DNA of 64,000 nt. Origin: an uncultured Clostridia bacterium (GTDB taxonomy: Bacteria > Bacillota > Clostridia > Christensenellales > UBA1242). Location: positions 55,174 through 119,173 of the forward strand of contig CALWKF010000002.1 in assembly GCA_944381215.1 (NCBI GenBank), given 5' to 3'. A program made the translations under genes and the position numbers. Position 1 is the stretch's first letter, and every line of letters starts with the position of its first letter. The notes beneath the pieces were generated by a model. It did no database searches. It saw only the letters and a program-made list of their open reading frames with translations, and had not been told where the DNA came from. Below are positions 1 through 8,069 of this stretch, in pieces.

Positions 1-63
1 TGACAGAACCTGTAATTTATGGCAAAATATACTTAAATTTTTACGCGAAGGTGGTGAGAAGCG

Positions 64-240
64 ATGACAATGGTTGTAGTTGGCAAGGACGAATCAATCG
101 AGAGCGCATTGAAGAGATTTAAGCGCAAGTGTCAAAAAGACGGCATTATCGGTGATTTGCGCAAGCACGAAGCATACGAAAAGCCTAGCGTAAAGCGTAA
201 GAAAAAGAGCGAGGCCGCTAGAAAGCGTAATCGTAAATAA
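64..240 (+). CDS. rpsU: 30S ribosomal protein bS21
   Basis: 58-aa ORF below the track cutoff: [58 protein letters not shown]. It carries the typical S21 motifs (ALKRFKR, YEKPS.KRKKK). An AGGTGGTGA RBS sits upstream. Confidence 0.9.
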   Translation: MTMVVVGKDESIESALKRFKRKCQKDGIIGDLRKHEAYEKPSVKRKKKSEAARKRNRK

Positions 241-243
241 TTT

Positions 244-273
244 AAAGAACATAGAAAACTATGTTCTTTTTTA
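244..273 (+). terminator. Rho-independent terminator of rpsU
   Basis: Stem AAAGAACATAG / CTATGTTCTTT with a 4-nt loop, followed by a T-run. Confidence 0.7.
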
Positions 274-383
274 TTTATTCAAGTTGTTTTTTAAATATAA
301 TAAGTCTAAATTTTTTAGAATATTTTTTAATTTTTAGGCTAAAATGTTTTAATTTTCCCTTGTAATTAAGGCACATTTGATAT

Positions 384-420
384 AAAAAAGCAGGTCGCCT
401 ATTATTCGGCGATTCCCTGC
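384..420 (-). terminator. Rho-independent terminator overlapping the end of the DUF1292 gene
   Basis: On the minus strand: GCAGGgaaTCGCCgaataatAGGCGAcCTGC followed by TTTTTT. Confidence 0.55.
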
Positions 421-728
421 TCTTCTAAGAGCTTGTTGTAGATTGCGAATACTTCGTCAATGACAGCATCGCTTTCCTCAACTACGAGTAGTTGATCCTC
501 GTTATCATCCTCTTCGAATGAAAATACAATTGCCTCATCATCAGCAACACCATCCATTTTGTTAACTGGTTTTAGGATAGCGTACAACTTCTCGTTATAA
601 GGAATTAGCGCGATTTGCTCAAATTCAACAGGCTTCTCATTTTCATCGTAGAGTATAATCGGGTCATTGTTGTCTGGGTCTAGTAATTGTAGAATTGGGT
701 TGTCTAATTCTTCTTCCTTTTTTGCCAT
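402..728 (-). CDS. DUF1292/UPF0473 family protein (YrzB-like)
   Basis: Acidic 108-aa protein with the pattern ...DENGNE..FE.... It sits immediately downstream of ruvX, as in the Bacillus yrrK-yrzB arrangement. Confidence 0.7.
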   Translation of the reverse strand: MAKKEEELDNPILQLLDPDNNDPIILYDENEKPVEFEQIALIPYNEKLYAILKPVNKMDGVADDEAIVFSFEEDDNEDQLLVVEESDAVIDEVFAIYNKLLEEQGIAE

Positions 729-743
729 GATTTTTCATCTCCT

Positions 744-1157
744 TTAAATTTTCTTATCCAAATAATTTTGCAGAATAATACTAGCGGCGACTTTGTCGAT
801 GACTGTCTTGCGTTTTTCCCTGCGGACGCCACCCTCGATCAGCATTTTTTCGGCACTTACTGTTGTAAGCCTTTCATCCTGATAGACGATTTTTGCGGGA
901 GTTACTTTTGAGAGTTGTTCGCAAAAGTCGTAGGTAAACTTTACCCTCTCCCCGTCGGTGCCATCCATATTCTTAGGCAGTCCAACAACGATCACATCGA
1001 CATCTTTTTCCTTAACTAGATTAGCCAAGTACTCCAAATCTTGCTCCATAGATTGTCTACGGTAGTTTAGAAAACCGCTGGCAAACATACCTAACGGGTC
1101 GCTAAACGCAATCCCGATATTTACATCGCCAAGGTCAAGTCCCATTTTACGCGCCAT
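744..1157 (-). CDS. ruvX: Holliday junction resolvase-like protein RuvX/YqgF
   Basis: N-terminus MGLDLGDVNIGIAFSDPLG and the motif VVGLPKNMDGT are typical of the YqgF family. Length is 137 aa. Confidence 0.9.
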   Translation of the reverse strand: MARKMGLDLGDVNIGIAFSDPLGMFASGFLNYRRQSMEQDLEYLANLVKEKDVDVIVVGLPKNMDGTDGERVKFTYDFCEQLSKVTPAKIVYQDERLTTVSAEKMLIEGGVRREKRKTVIDKVAASIILQNYLDKKI

Positions 1158-1308
1158 TATTACCTCTAAATATGCAAAAGATTTGTTAATGAAACTATAC
1201 CATATTATGAGTTTTTTTGCAAACTTTTAAACGCATTTTGTGCTAAATAAATTAAATTAGCGTTTTTTCTAGCGCAATTATTACCCTTTTAAATTATTTA
1301 ATAGCTAT

Positions 1309-1662
1309 TTAAAACCAATAAATAGCAGTCCGCGCATTCGATAGTACATTGGTGTCCGCAGTATTAGCCGTTGTTACCGCGTTACTTGCATTACTGCTGG
1401 CAGTTTCTGCGATACTTTTCGCAGAGTTTGCGGTAGTTTCCACTTCATTCGCTTTTAGTAGAGCAGCGGATGCATTATTTACCGCAGAGTTTATTTGCGT
1501 ATTAAAGGCATTCATTGTAGTAGCATCAATTGGACTGCCTGCCACCTCAATTTCACCTTCGTTACGAGTAATGTCTACTACCAATTCGGTAGGGGTTTGT
1601 GATACAATAGTCAATTTTCTACGATTTATATATTGACTTTCTCTATTTTTAAAATCTTCCAT
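1309..1662 (-). CDS. Hypothetical protein with an N-terminus resembling phage tail-fibre proteins
   Basis: The opening NRESQYINRRKLTIV... resembles the conserved start of Firmicutes prophage tail-fibre/host-specificity proteins. The remainder is an Ala/Ser/Asn/Thr-rich low-complexity tail. It stands alone in an AT-rich patch. Confidence 0.4.
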   Translation of the reverse strand: MEDFKNRESQYINRRKLTIVSQTPTELVVDITRNEGEIEVAGSPIDATTMNAFNTQINSAVNNASAALLKANEVETTANSAKSIAETASSNASNAVTTANTADTNVLSNARTAIYWF

Positions 1663-1715
1663 ATTTACTCCTTTTTATATAAAATTTTTTAATTTTAAGG
1701 TATTTTAAAACAAGG

Positions 1716-1792
1716 AGTACTTAAAAGTTACTTCTTTTATACAATATTAATTGTTTTTTCGTGTGTTTAAACTAAGTAACTTTTAAGTTACT
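1716..1792. promoter_or_regulatory. Two copies of a 17-18 bp palindrome (AGTAACTTwwAAGTTACT), candidate operators
   Basis: AGTACTTAAAAGTTACT at 1716-1732 and AGTAACTTTTAAGTTACT at 1775-1792. Each is self-complementary, and both lie upstream of the 1309..1662 ORF. Confidence 0.4.
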
Positions 1793-1831
1793 CTATGCTT
1801 GTATTTGTTTGCAATACTGTTTTCTAAACCT

Positions 1832-2554
1832 TTAATTACTTTTCTCTGAATTATCTATCGTTTTTTCACTATCTATATAAGTAATTATATTTTTATTTTC
1901 TTGATTTATTATATTTTCTGCTTTTTGTTTTTTAGTTTTTTTACGAATTTTTTCTCCGCGTTTCAGTTGTAAATCTTCTCGATTGTATCCACCATAAATA
2001 TACCAGTCTTGCATTATTTCATCGATATTCAATTTATTTTCATTGCCTATTTCTTGCATATTTTCATTGATGTATTTTAGCATTTTTATTATTTGTTTTT
2101 TATTATAATAATTTATACACATTCGTTGTTTCTTTTTGGTATTTATTAATGTGAATTCTAAATACTTCTTGGGCATTGAAGATGATACCCAAGCAAGTTG
2201 AATGCTTTGATTTTTAGAATTTTTTTCGCTAGCAATTATTGCTATTGATTGGATGTATTTGTAATTTACTGTACATCTATATTGAATTTTTTCAAATTTG
2301 GGTAATCCATCACCAAATGTGATTACATCGTTTTGTCTTAAATGAATTTTAAAGCATAGTAAGAATCTTATTGAGGTGTATAATAGAAAAATAATTGCTA
2401 GTACAACAAATGGTGCAGTGATGGGTTCTACACCAGGAATCTTTCCCATTAACCATAAAATAAATGAAGCTAATATAGCAATAGTTAATCCCCCAAAAAA
2501 GATATTTAAAAAAGCAAAGCCCACTGAAACTGGTATAAAAATTCGTTTTTTCAT
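1832..2554 (-). CDS. Membrane protein, candidate immunity protein for the upstream Rhs C-terminal toxin
   Basis: 240 aa with two N-terminal TM helices and a Lys-rich tail. It lies 10 nt downstream of the Rhs-CT ORF, which is the usual position of a cognate immunity gene. AT-rich. Confidence 0.45.
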   Translation of the reverse strand: MKKRIFIPVSVGFAFLNIFFGGLTIAILASFILWLMGKIPGVEPITAPFVVLAIIFLLYTSIRFLLCFKIHLRQNDVITFGDGLPKFEKIQYRCTVNYKYIQSIAIIASEKNSKNQSIQLAWVSSSMPKKYLEFTLINTKKKQRMCINYYNKKQIIKMLKYINENMQEIGNENKLNIDEIMQDWYIYGGYNREDLQLKRGEKIRKKTKKQKAENIINQENKNIITYIDSEKTIDNSEKSN

Positions 2555-2564
2555 TTAACAACCT

Positions 2565-3392
2565 TTAAACTTTAAATGTATTATAAAAAATATCTATAGA
2601 AGATTCGTAAAATGATAATCCTAACATTTTACCAAATGTTTTTCCAGAAATTTTTTTAATAATATTCCTTCTAAATTTTGTGTACATTTGTTTAGAAATA
2701 GCGCTCCAACTACCTCGTCCAAAAGTTAATCCTTTTATTGCATATTGTGTATTCATTACACCTACAAATACCATAGATAAGATTCCTGCTTTTGCACCAT
2801 TTAATAGAGATGTTCCCAAGTTAAATTCAGTTCCATACATAACAGAACTAAAAGCATCAGTTAGTACATTGGTTACAAGACCTGTAACGAATGCTGAAAT
2901 ATAAGAGCCCACACCTGGAATTATTGAGAACATACCACCAATTAATCCACCGAGCGCGCTTCCTAAAAATTCTGCTGCATTAAATTCCCAATTCCCAGTT
3001 GTTATGCCTTTGTATAGATATGAAATCCCATATGAAGCAGCACCTATGACAGTTCCAATAAGTGCTCCTATTAACATACCAATCAAGAAACTTAAGAAAT
3101 ATCCATTTTCATCAACTTCGTTTACAGGATTGTTTAAGCAGTATGCATAAAGGTTAACACCATTCAAAGCAATGTTAGTTACATTAAGAACAGAAATATC
3201 ATCAATGTTAATAAATCTGCCAATCTCAGGATCATAGTAGCGAGAGTTTAGGTAGTATAAGCCTGTTTCAAAATCGTAATAGTAGCTACGGTAACGGAAC
3301 GGGTTTTTATTTGCAATAAACCTATTTATATTGCTAATATCATTATAGCAAAAATCTGTTTCCGTTGCAACAAAATTACCACTATTATCCAA
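2565..3392 (-). CDS. RHS repeat-associated core domain fragment with a C-terminal glycine-zipper/hydrophobic toxin domain (orphan, N-terminally truncated)
   Basis: Contains YYLNSRYYDPEIGRFINIDD (RHS core) and NNPVNEVDENGYF (a PxxxxDPxGL-like cleavage motif). A roughly 170-aa Gly/Ile-rich tip follows. The open frame continues upstream to 3446 (..AKYTYDVWGNHIVKYLDNSG, a YD repeat) and is closed by TAA at 3447-3449. There is no Rhs shell and no N-terminal domain. Confidence 0.8.
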   Translation of the reverse strand: MDNSGNFVATETDFCYNDISNINRFIANKNPFRYRSYYYDFETGLYYLNSRYYDPEIGRFINIDDISVLNVTNIALNGVNLYAYCLNNPVNEVDENGYFLSFLIGMLIGALIGTVIGAASYGISYLYKGITTGNWEFNAAEFLGSALGGLIGGMFSIIPGVGSYISAFVTGLVTNVLTDAFSSVMYGTEFNLGTSLLNGAKAGILSMVFVGVMNTQYAIKGLTFGRGSWSAISKQMYTKFRRNIIKKISGKTFGKMLGLSFYESSIDIFYNTFKV

Positions 3393-3469
3393 ATATTTAA
3401 CTATATGATTTCCCCAAACATCATAGGTGTATTTTGCTATTACAGATTATTGGCTGAGTCATTTGTTAA

Positions 3470-3512
3470 TAAAAAAGCACACTTTATGTAGTTTTCACCA
3501 CTTTAAGTGTGC
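3470..3512 (-). terminator. Rho-independent terminator of thrS
   Basis: Stem AGCACACTT / AAGTGTGCT followed by a T-run on the minus strand, directly after the thrS stop. Confidence 0.75.
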
Positions 3513-3519
3513 TAAATTT

Positions 3520-5430
3520 TTACTTAATTTCTTTTGTATCGATTTCATGTTGAAGTGATTTTACGAAGTCACTTAAATTGAATTTCCCTAAATCACCTGC
3601 TTTACGGTGGCGAACAGAAATTTTGTTTTCTGCCATTTCTTCATCGCCAATGACTACCATATAAGGCACTTTTTGGAGTTGTGCCTCACGAATCTTGTAG
3701 CCTACCTTTTCGTTGCGCTCATCAAACTCTACTCTAATACCTGCCTTATCTAACTTCTCCGCAATCTCGCGTGCGTAGTCGTTTTGCTTTTCCGAAATAG
3801 TAATAATTTGCACTTGTACTGGAGCGAGCCACAATGGAAATGCGCCTGCAAAGTTTTCGGTCATTATACCCAAGAATCTATCAATTGAGCCGTAAATCAC
3901 GCGGTGAATCATAATCGGTTCTTGCTTTGAGCCGTCGGCATCAATATAGTATAGTTCAAAACGCTTTGGCAACTGCATATCGAGTTGAATCGTACCGCAC
4001 TGCCAAGTTCTACCAATGGCATCTTTAATATGAATATCGATTTTCGGGCCATAGAATGCGCCGTCGCCCTCGTTTATTGAGTACTCTTTGCCGAGATTTT
4101 TAAGCGTGTTTTTGAGTGCGGTCTCCACCTTTTCCCAGTCTGCTACATCGCCGATGTGGTCCTCGGGCATGGTGCTGAGTTCCAAAGTATAACTTAAATT
4201 AAAGACTTTATATGCCTCATCGACAAGTTTTAGGACGTTTGCAATTTCGCTCTCGATTTGCTCGGGCAACATAAATATGTGTGCATCATCCTGGGTAAAT
4301 GCGCGGACTCTAAACAAGCCGTGCAGTGTACCGCTAGCCTCTCTGCGGTGTACTTTACCCAATTCGCCGACTCTGAGCGGAAGGTCCTTGTATGAGTGGA
4401 TGTTCTCCTTATAAAAGAGCATGCACCCTGGGCAGTTCATAGGTTTTATAGCGTAGTCCTTGTCCTCATCGGCCTTAAAGGTATACATATTTTGCCTATA
4501 GTGGTCCCAGTGGCCCGAGACCTCCCACAACTCCCTACTCATGGCGGTCGGGGTCTCAATTTCGACATACCCTGCCTTTTTGTGAATTTCGCGCCAGTAC
4601 TTGATTAGTTCATTTTTAAGTATCATACCCTTAGGCATATAAAATGGCATACCTGGGGCGTACTCGCTGATAAAGAACAGGCCCAGTTCCTTTCCTAACT
4701 TGCGGTGGTCGCGCTTTTTAGCCTCTTCAAGCATAGTTAGATACTCATCGAGTTCGCTCTTTTTCGGGAATGAAGTACCATATATACGAGTTAGCATCTT
4801 GTTGTGCTCATCGCCCTTATAATATGCGCCAGTCACTGACTGCAACTTAAAGGCCTTTATGATGCTGATATCATCAAGGTGTGGCCCACGGCATAAGTCG
4901 ACAAGTTCGCCGAGTTTATAAATAGTCAAAACCTCATCATCAGGAATTCCCTCCAGGATGTCGAGTTTATATGGCTCGTTAAGTTCGGTAAAAATTTTTT
5001 GCGCCTCTGCTCGCGTAACTTCCATTCTCTCAAAAGGCACTTTTTCCTTAATAATTTTGCCCATTTCCTCTTCAATTTTAGGCAAATCATCCTGCCCTAT
5101 TGGCTCTTTAAAATCGAAGTCGTAGTAAAAGCCGTTCTCGATTGCGGGGCCTATACTAATCTTGGTATTTGGGTACAATCTCTTAACAGCAAGTGCCAGG
5201 ATGTGCGCAGAAGAGTGACGAAAGACCTCAAGCCCTTCCTTGTCCTTTAGAGTAACAATCTCGACTAGATCGCCCTCCGCAACTTTGGTAGCAAGTTGGC
5301 AGAGTTTGCCGTTCACTTTTCCCGCGATTGCGTTGCGCGCTAACCCTTCGCTAATCTTTTTCGCGACATCCATTACGCTTGCGCCCGCTTCCATTTCTAA
5401 TTTAGAGCCATCTTTTATTAAAATAATCAT
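3520..5430 (-). CDS. thrS: Threonine--tRNA ligase
   Basis: TGS domain, second additional domain, class II core and anticodon-binding domain are recognisable (HSSAHILA, RGPH, FRVRAFTQDDAHIF). The probable start is MIILIKDGS at 5430, preceded by a GGAGAA RBS. The track ORF runs upstream to 5472. Confidence 0.95.
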   Translation of the reverse strand: MIILIKDGSKLEMEAGASVMDVAKKISEGLARNAIAGKVNGKLCQLATKVAEGDLVEIVTLKDKEGLEVFRHSSAHILALAVKRLYPNTKISIGPAIENGFYYDFDFKEPIGQDDLPKIEEEMGKIIKEKVPFERMEVTRAEAQKIFTELNEPYKLDILEGIPDDEVLTIYKLGELVDLCRGPHLDDISIIKAFKLQSVTGAYYKGDEHNKMLTRIYGTSFPKKSELDEYLTMLEEAKKRDHRKLGKELGLFFISEYAPGMPFYMPKGMILKNELIKYWREIHKKAGYVEIETPTAMSRELWEVSGHWDHYRQNMYTFKADEDKDYAIKPMNCPGCMLFYKENIHSYKDLPLRVGELGKVHRREASGTLHGLFRVRAFTQDDAHIFMLPEQIESEIANVLKLVDEAYKVFNLSYTLELSTMPEDHIGDVADWEKVETALKNTLKNLGKEYSINEGDGAFYGPKIDIHIKDAIGRTWQCGTIQLDMQLPKRFELYYIDADGSKQEPIMIHRVIYGSIDRFLGIMTENFAGAFPLWLAPVQVQIITISEKQNDYAREIAEKLDKAGIRVEFDERNEKVGYKIREAQLQKVPYMVVIGDEEMAENKISVRHRKAGDLGKFNLSDFVKSLQHEIDTKEIK

Positions 5431-5444
5431 ACATTTTCTCCTTT

Positions 5445-5672
5445 TAAATAACAAAAAACTCGCCCTATACAAAAGGACGAGTCAACCCCGCGGTTCCACC
5501 TTTCTTGCCCTAGGTAACCTAAGGCCACTCAAATTTCTCAATAACGCCTGAGTCGCGCAATAGTCAAAAGGTGGTTTCGTATGCTCCCCCTACTAATCCC
5601 GCTCTCAGCCAAGGCGAAATTTCTCTGTATAGCGGTGTGAACACACTACTTGTCCTCTCTCACACTATGATT
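5445..5672 (-). promoter_or_regulatory. T-box riboswitch leader, Thr specifier (ACC)
   Basis: Read on the minus strand. Stem I carries an AGAGAG/AGTA GA-motif. The specifier loop reads GAAACCACC (ACC, plus strand 5571-5576). The T-box sequence AAAGGTGGAACCGCGGGG lies at 5486-5503. A terminator hairpin ACTCGTCC...GGGCGAGT plus a T-run follows. Confidence 0.85.
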
Positions 5673-5678
5673 TATTTT

Positions 5679-5707
5679 ATTATACTCCTGTAATTTAATT
5701 TTGTCAA
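5679..5707 (-). promoter_or_regulatory. SigA-type promoter for the thrS leader
   Basis: TTGACA - 17 nt - TATAAT on the minus strand, a perfect consensus. Confidence 0.7.
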
Positions 5708-5716
5708 CAGTTTTTA

Positions 5717-6463
5717 TTAATTTCCGACTTCAACTCTATCATCAAACACAGAACGCAATAAAGACACGATTTCGCCACCAGATTCGCTCTTGTGCACTTT
5801 TATTAAATAAGGGTTTAAATCAATAAGTTTTGATAAAATATCGTAGCCGTCATTTACATCAATAGAAGTTATTATGTCAAAATCGCTCTCTTGGTCATGG
5901 TAGATTAGGCACTTGTCTTTTAGTTCCAAAATCACGCTTTGGCACTTTGAGTCAATGCTACCAAGCAGAAAGCGCAAAAACTCAATGAAATTGTCCTTTT
6001 TTAGAATAGTAATGGAGTTTTGGTTTGCCAGCTCACAGAGTTCGCTCCATTTACTTATAAGGCCTTGCATGCGGAAGTACAGCAGGCTCTTCAAATTCAA
6101 TTTTTTACCACTCAATTTTAATAATTTTAGGACCATGTGCCGTTCGGTTTCACGGTCGAAATATGTGCAGACCTTCAAAAAAGTTTCTGCATAATCTGGC
6201 AATTCGCTAGGCAGGTCGATATTTTCTTTTAAAAAATCGTACTTCATTAATTGGCAAAACACTTCGGTCAAAATCAAGCGCAATTGGGTTTTTACAGCTG
6301 GCATATTTTGAAGTTTCACGCCTAGTGAGAGATATATATACTCTCTATCCGCCACCGTTGCCATTACCCCGCCCGCTTGCGAGATGGGTTCGGCGAGTTT
6401 GTCCTGTATGTATCGCATATATTTGGCGTCCTTTAAATCGCAAATTAGTTCAAACTCCCACAT
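5717..6463 (-). CDS. YtxC-like putative sporulation protein
   Basis: 248-aa protein directly upstream of the thrS leader, which is the conserved ytxC-thrS position in Bacilli and Clostridia. The call rests mainly on synteny and size. Confidence 0.5.
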   Translation of the reverse strand: MWEFELICDLKDAKYMRYIQDKLAEPISQAGGVMATVADREYIYLSLGVKLQNMPAVKTQLRLILTEVFCQLMKYDFLKENIDLPSELPDYAETFLKVCTYFDRETERHMVLKLLKLSGKKLNLKSLLYFRMQGLISKWSELCELANQNSITILKKDNFIEFLRFLLGSIDSKCQSVILELKDKCLIYHDQESDFDIITSIDVNDGYDILSKLIDLNPYLIKVHKSESGGEIVSLLRSVFDDRVEVGN

Positions 6464-6564
6464 AATCTCTCCTTCAATTTAAGCCTAGTGTATGCAATTT
6501 TACTTTTTAATACACCGAGAAATTAAATTTTTGCAAGTTTATATTTAATTTAGGCTTAAAGCTC

Positions 6565-6599
6565 AAACAAAAAACACCCTCTTTATTTGAGAGAGTGTA
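6565..6599 (-). terminator. Rho-independent terminator
   Basis: Minus strand ACACTCTCTCaaataaAGAGGGTGT followed by TTTTTT. Confidence 0.6.
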
Positions 6600-6629
6600 A
6601 AAAGGAAATATTAATTAATTTTAGCTTGC

Positions 6630-7118
6630 CTACACCACCGTAGTATCCGAGAACCAGGAGTCTTGCCATAAATTTAACACCAAATCATATTGGATATTGG
6701 CACCCATTTTAAATTGAAAATAATTTGTTTCAAAGCTATTATCACTAGAATCCCATATTGTTAACTCAGAAAATGATGGAAGCATAAAATATAGACTGTA
6801 ATCAACGCCTTGTTGCAAATTTGAAAACACTATATTATTAGTAGCTGTAGAGCTACCATCTGTTGTACCCGCTTTTATGTTATAATAATGGCTTTCTACA
6901 ATTTGACCGCTAGTATCAATTGCCTGCACGACAATAATAGCATTATTAGCAAATGATGAGGATAATTCACTACAATTCAATGTCAAACTTCCAGCGACAG
7001 CACTGACGGTTGACTTGGGATTAAGTGCTGAGTAGCCAGAAACGGCTAGGAGTGCAATCATTGCCACAATAAAAAGTGGCCAAACTTTTCTTAATAAATT
7101 GTTCCCCTGTTTGTACAC
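6630..7118 (-). CDS. Hypothetical secreted or membrane-anchored protein
   Basis: GTG start with a GAAGGAGA RBS. An N-terminal hydrophobic segment (WPLFIVAMIALLAVSG) is followed by a beta-rich Ser/Thr/Asn region. Confidence 0.55.
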   Translation of the reverse strand: MYKQGNNLLRKVWPLFIVAMIALLAVSGYSALNPKSTVSAVAGSLTLNCSELSSSFANNAIIVVQAIDTSGQIVESHYYNIKAGTTDGSSTATNNIVFSNLQQGVDYSLYFMLPSFSELTIWDSSDNSFETNYFQFKMGANIQYDLVLNLWQDSWFSDTTVV

Positions 7119-7413
7119 AAGAAATCTCCTTCATTTAAATACTTCATTGTTATTATATCTATTTTCGTAAAAATAATCAAACAAATTTAGCCAAAAATCG
7201 AAAAACTTTATAATATCTTAGATTAATATAATTTTACTTGGTAAATTCCACGTTTTTATATTTTAGTATAGAAGTTTTATAAAATAGAAAGAATTAATTA
7301 TTTCTTGTTGATAAACTACAACAAATTGCTTTTAGCATTCTATGAGACTTTCACTTAAAATGGATAGACATTCGATAATTGCATTCAAACTTATGCTTTT
7401 GCTAGAAAAAATT

Positions 7414-7447
7414 TAAAAGCCCCCAAATTATGTTTGGAGACTTTTTT
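7414..7447 (-). terminator. Rho-independent terminator of rubrerythrin
   Basis: Minus strand GTCTCCAAAcataaTTTGGGGGC followed by a T-rich tract. Confidence 0.5.
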
Positions 7448-7452
7448 AAGTA

Positions 7453-8004
7453 TTAGTAGTCTTTCTTTAATAAAGCATAATAAGACTTTGGATGCTTGCA
7501 CACAGGGCACTCTTCTGGAGGCTCTTTGCCGAAATAGTGGTTTCCACAGTTAAGGCAAACCCACTCCATCTCATCCACTCTTGCGAAAACTTCTCCAGTC
7601 TTCACATTAGCGAGTAGGTCTTTAAAGCGTTGCTCGTGGCTCTTTTCAATCGCAGCCACACCATCAAAGAGGTTTGCGATTTCCTCAAAGCCTTCTTCCC
7701 TAGCGGTCTCAGCAAAGTGCTTGTACATATCGGTCCACTCGTAGTTCTCCCCACTAGCTGCCCACTCTAAACATTCTGCGGTCGAGCCCATTCCGTGGAA
7801 CAACTTAAACCAGATTTTTGCGTGCTCTTTTTCGTTATTTGCTGTTTCAGTGAAATAGTTTGCAATCTGCACAAAACCTTCTTTCTTTGCGATTGAAGCG
7901 AAGAAGTCATATTTCGAACGCGCCTGGCACTCGCCAGCGAACGCAGTCATCAAGTTTTGTTCTGTTTTTGTGCCTTTCAAGGCTTCTACTTTTTTTAGTT
8001 CCAT
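7453..8004 (-). CDS. rbr: Rubrerythrin
   Basis: Ferritin-like diiron domain ([34 protein letters not shown]) plus a C-terminal rubredoxin CxxC...CPVC. Confidence 0.92.
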   Translation of the reverse strand: MELKKVEALKGTKTEQNLMTAFAGECQARSKYDFFASIAKKEGFVQIANYFTETANNEKEHAKIWFKLFHGMGSTAECLEWAASGENYEWTDMYKHFAETAREEGFEEIANLFDGVAAIEKSHEQRFKDLLANVKTGEVFARVDEMEWVCLNCGNHYFGKEPPEECPVCKHPKSYYALLKKDY

Positions 8005-8031
8005 TTTTATTCTCCTTTGATAAGACTTGTA

Positions 8032-8062
8032 TTGTTATAACAAAACAAACAATATTTGTCAA
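8032..8062 (-). promoter_or_regulatory. Promoter of rbr with an overlapping 12-bp palindrome
   Basis: TTGACA (8057-8062) - 17 nt - TATAAC (8034-8039) on the minus strand. The perfect palindrome TTGTTATAACAA at 8032-8043 covers the -10. Confidence 0.5.
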
Positions 8063-8069
8063 ATGTTTT

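Noticed and set aside
1170-3450. Possible prophage or larger mobile element (tail-fibre-like stub plus Rhs tip).
   Set aside because: The patch contains no integrase, no structural or replication genes and no flanking direct repeats, so only fragments are present.
5431-5472. N-terminal extension of thrS (MYRASFLLFKRRKC) from the track ORF.
   Set aside because: The extension overlaps the T-box terminator and its T-run. The conserved TGS domain starts at MIILIKDGS, which has its own GGAGAA RBS.
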